Positions 51,804 through 53,015 of a DNA stretch of 53,015 bases are shown here, piece by piece. Both the position numbers and the translations under genes were made by a program. The notes under the pieces are model-generated. The model searched no databases, had not been told where the DNA came from, and saw only the letters and a list, made by a program, of their open reading frames with translations. The DNA is from a virus (Duplodnaviria > Caudoviricetes), in the IMG/VR virus record IMGVR_UViG_3300006641_004726, positions 1 to 53,015 of that record. One strand, 5' to 3'. Every line of letters starts with the position of its first letter. The first letter of the stretch is position 1.

Positions 51804-52682
51804 TTAGTTGGTTGCTTTGAGTGCTTTGAGGATTTTCTTGAAACGAGCTTCCTTGAGGAAGGAGCCGAACTCCGACTGCTCGAAGACCGAGCGGACAACG
51901 CCCTCAGTGGGGCGCGAGTTCGCAAACCATTTTACATCGAGATCGTCCACCATGGTCGTCAGACGCAGGTTGGCGAGGAAGTCACCGGCGCGATCCTTGA
52001 CCTTGGGGTGGAGACAGACACAGTCTGCAGTGGAGAGGCCGTCGTGAGGCCTCGACTCGGCGACGATGAGCGCGGCGGTCTTAGCGCCGATGCCCTTCAG
52101 TCCAGAGATGTTGTCGCTGGAGTCACCGGCTAGGGCTTTGAAGACCGGCACATCTTCTGGGTTGACGCCGTAGATCCGGCGCACACCGTCTGGATCAACT
52201 CGTTCAACCTTCTTTGCTGAGTTGAAGAGGATGACAGTGACTCGGTCGTCAACGCAAGCGAGCAGATCGCGATCGCAAGTGAGGATGTCAACGCCAGAAA
52301 AACCAACGGATCTCTTCGCCACGGATGCGATGACGTCGTCTGCTTCGACGCCTTGGATTGAGATTGGGTTGAACCCGAGGTAGAAGAGGATGTCCTCCTT
52401 GAGGAGGGTGATGTCCGACTTGAAGGAATCGTCGGAAGGTCCACGGTTTGCCTTGTAGTCGGCGTCCTCCTTCTTGCGGAAGTTGCCGCCTGCGTCGAAG
52501 ACGGGGAGGACGGCGTCGTAGTCTTCTTTCTCGAGGATCGAGAAGAGCGTATTGAGGACGCCGTAGGTTCCCGTGACAGGCTGGCCCCAGCTTGTGGTGA
52601 GCTCGCCTGCTCCCCGTTTGAGGGCGTTTCGGGACCTGTGGAAGAGGGCATTTCCGTCGATTAGGAGGAGTTTGCGTTGCAT
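51804..52682 (-). CDS. 5'-3' exonuclease/flap endonuclease (Pol I N-terminal domain-like)
   Basis: LLIDGN, YKANR, EADDVIA, DRDL and GDSSDNISGLKGIGAKTA. Confidence 0.92.
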   Translation of the reverse strand: MQRKLLLIDGNALFHRSRNALKRGAGELTTSWGQPVTGTYGVLNTLFSILEKEDYDAVLPVFDAGGNFRKKEDADYKANRGPSDDSFKSDITLLKEDILFYLGFNPISIQGVEADDVIASVAKRSVGFSGVDILTCDRDLLACVDDRVTVILFNSAKKVERVDPDGVRRIYGVNPEDVPVFKALAGDSSDNISGLKGIGAKTAALIVAESRPHDGLSTADCVCLHPKVKDRAGDFLANLRLTTMVDDLDVKWFANSRPTEGVVRSVFEQSEFGSFLKEARFKKILKALKATN

Positions 52683-52807
52683 CACTTGTTGAGGAAGAGC
52701 ACGACCACAGCGCCGATCAGGATGAACGGCATCAAGGCGTGCAGAGGGATGATGGGGAGAATAGGGAGGACAAAGGCCAGGAGGAAGAGTCCGACGATCC
52801 AGTGCAT
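52682..52807 (-). CDS. Small hydrophobic membrane protein (41 aa)
   Basis: MHWIVGLFLLAFVLPILPIIPLHALMPFILIGAVVVLFLNK; TGATG overlaps at both ends. Confidence 0.6.
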   Translation of the reverse strand: MHWIVGLFLLAFVLPILPIIPLHALMPFILIGAVVVLFLNK

Positions 52808-52830
52808 CAGAGTAGTGATCTCATGTGACC

Positions 52831-52888
52831 AATATACAGCGCCACAGGCTCAGGTTTGAAGCCTTGTGCCACTTTTCAGACCGTCACA
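52831..52888 (-). promoter_or_regulatory. Early promoter element, copy A
   Basis: TGTGACGGTCTGAAAAGTGGCACA, then AGGCT...AGCCT, then TG-TATATT. Confidence 0.78.
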
Positions 52889-53015
52889 TCTCATGGTAGC
52901 CGATGATGACTCCTCCAGCCGCTCGGATGGCGTCCAGGTGGGCCTTCCCCCACGGGATGATCCGCCACTCGGTGCGGCCACCCTTCCACAGGACATGGAC
53001 GTTGATGTACCTCAT
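52884..53015 (-). CDS. Small hypothetical protein (43 aa if it starts at the window edge)
   Basis: MRYINVHVLWKGGRTEWRIIPWGKAHLDAIRAAGGVIIGYHEM. Confidence 0.6.
   Translation of the reverse strand: MRYINVHVLWKGGRTEWRIIPWGKAHLDAIRAAGGVIIGYHEM

Noticed and set aside
41305-52888. GTGAC...GGCACA repeats as a CRISPR array or transposon ends
   Set aside because: They are dispersed over kilobases, degenerate and tied to -10 boxes. There are no regular spacers, cas genes or transposase.
1-53015. tRNA genes, inteins, reverse transcriptase/DGR, integrase
   Set aside because: I saw no T-loop/cloverleaf signatures in the gaps, no intein-sized insertions in Pol or GyrA, and no RT or recombinase motifs. 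This was a by-eye scan; tRNAscan-SE and HMM searches would confirm.

Overview
This is a 53-kb segment of a GC-rich, contractile-tailed (myovirus) phage genome. Every credible gene is on the minus strand; the long plus-strand ORFs are antisense shadows. The host is probably a picocyanobacterium (inference from the small-gene repertoire, the RTX protein and the promoter style). Positions ~1-29000 hold the virion module: head-tail adaptor, spike, baseplate, tail tube, major capsid, an intron-split decoration protein, Mu-like portal and protease-scaffold, a 1719-aa sheath and a frameshifted tail chaperone. Positions ~29000-53015 hold RlpA, a mitochondrial Pol-gamma-like polymerase, an Ig-repeat protein, GyrA, a six-gene nucleotide/DNA-modification operon, a phosphatase, an RTX protein, a 5'-3' exonuclease and small early genes. 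The best candidate for an undescribed system is 42223-47158. There a thymidylate-synthase homolog carrying the dCMP-specifying Asp sits with a dNMP kinase, a MazG-type dNTPase, an aGPT-Pplase-like protein, a PLP enzyme and an SGNH-fold protein, which suggests cytosine hypermodification. Other highlights are an ORF-less group I intron beside a free-standing HNH gene, a -1 frameshift, a 6+1+6 repeat insertion in the sheath, two repeated promoter classes, leaderless mini-ORFs and structured leaders on the abundant virion genes. All family calls come from reading motifs by eye, not from database searches. I saw no terminase, tape measure, tRNA or CRISPR array.
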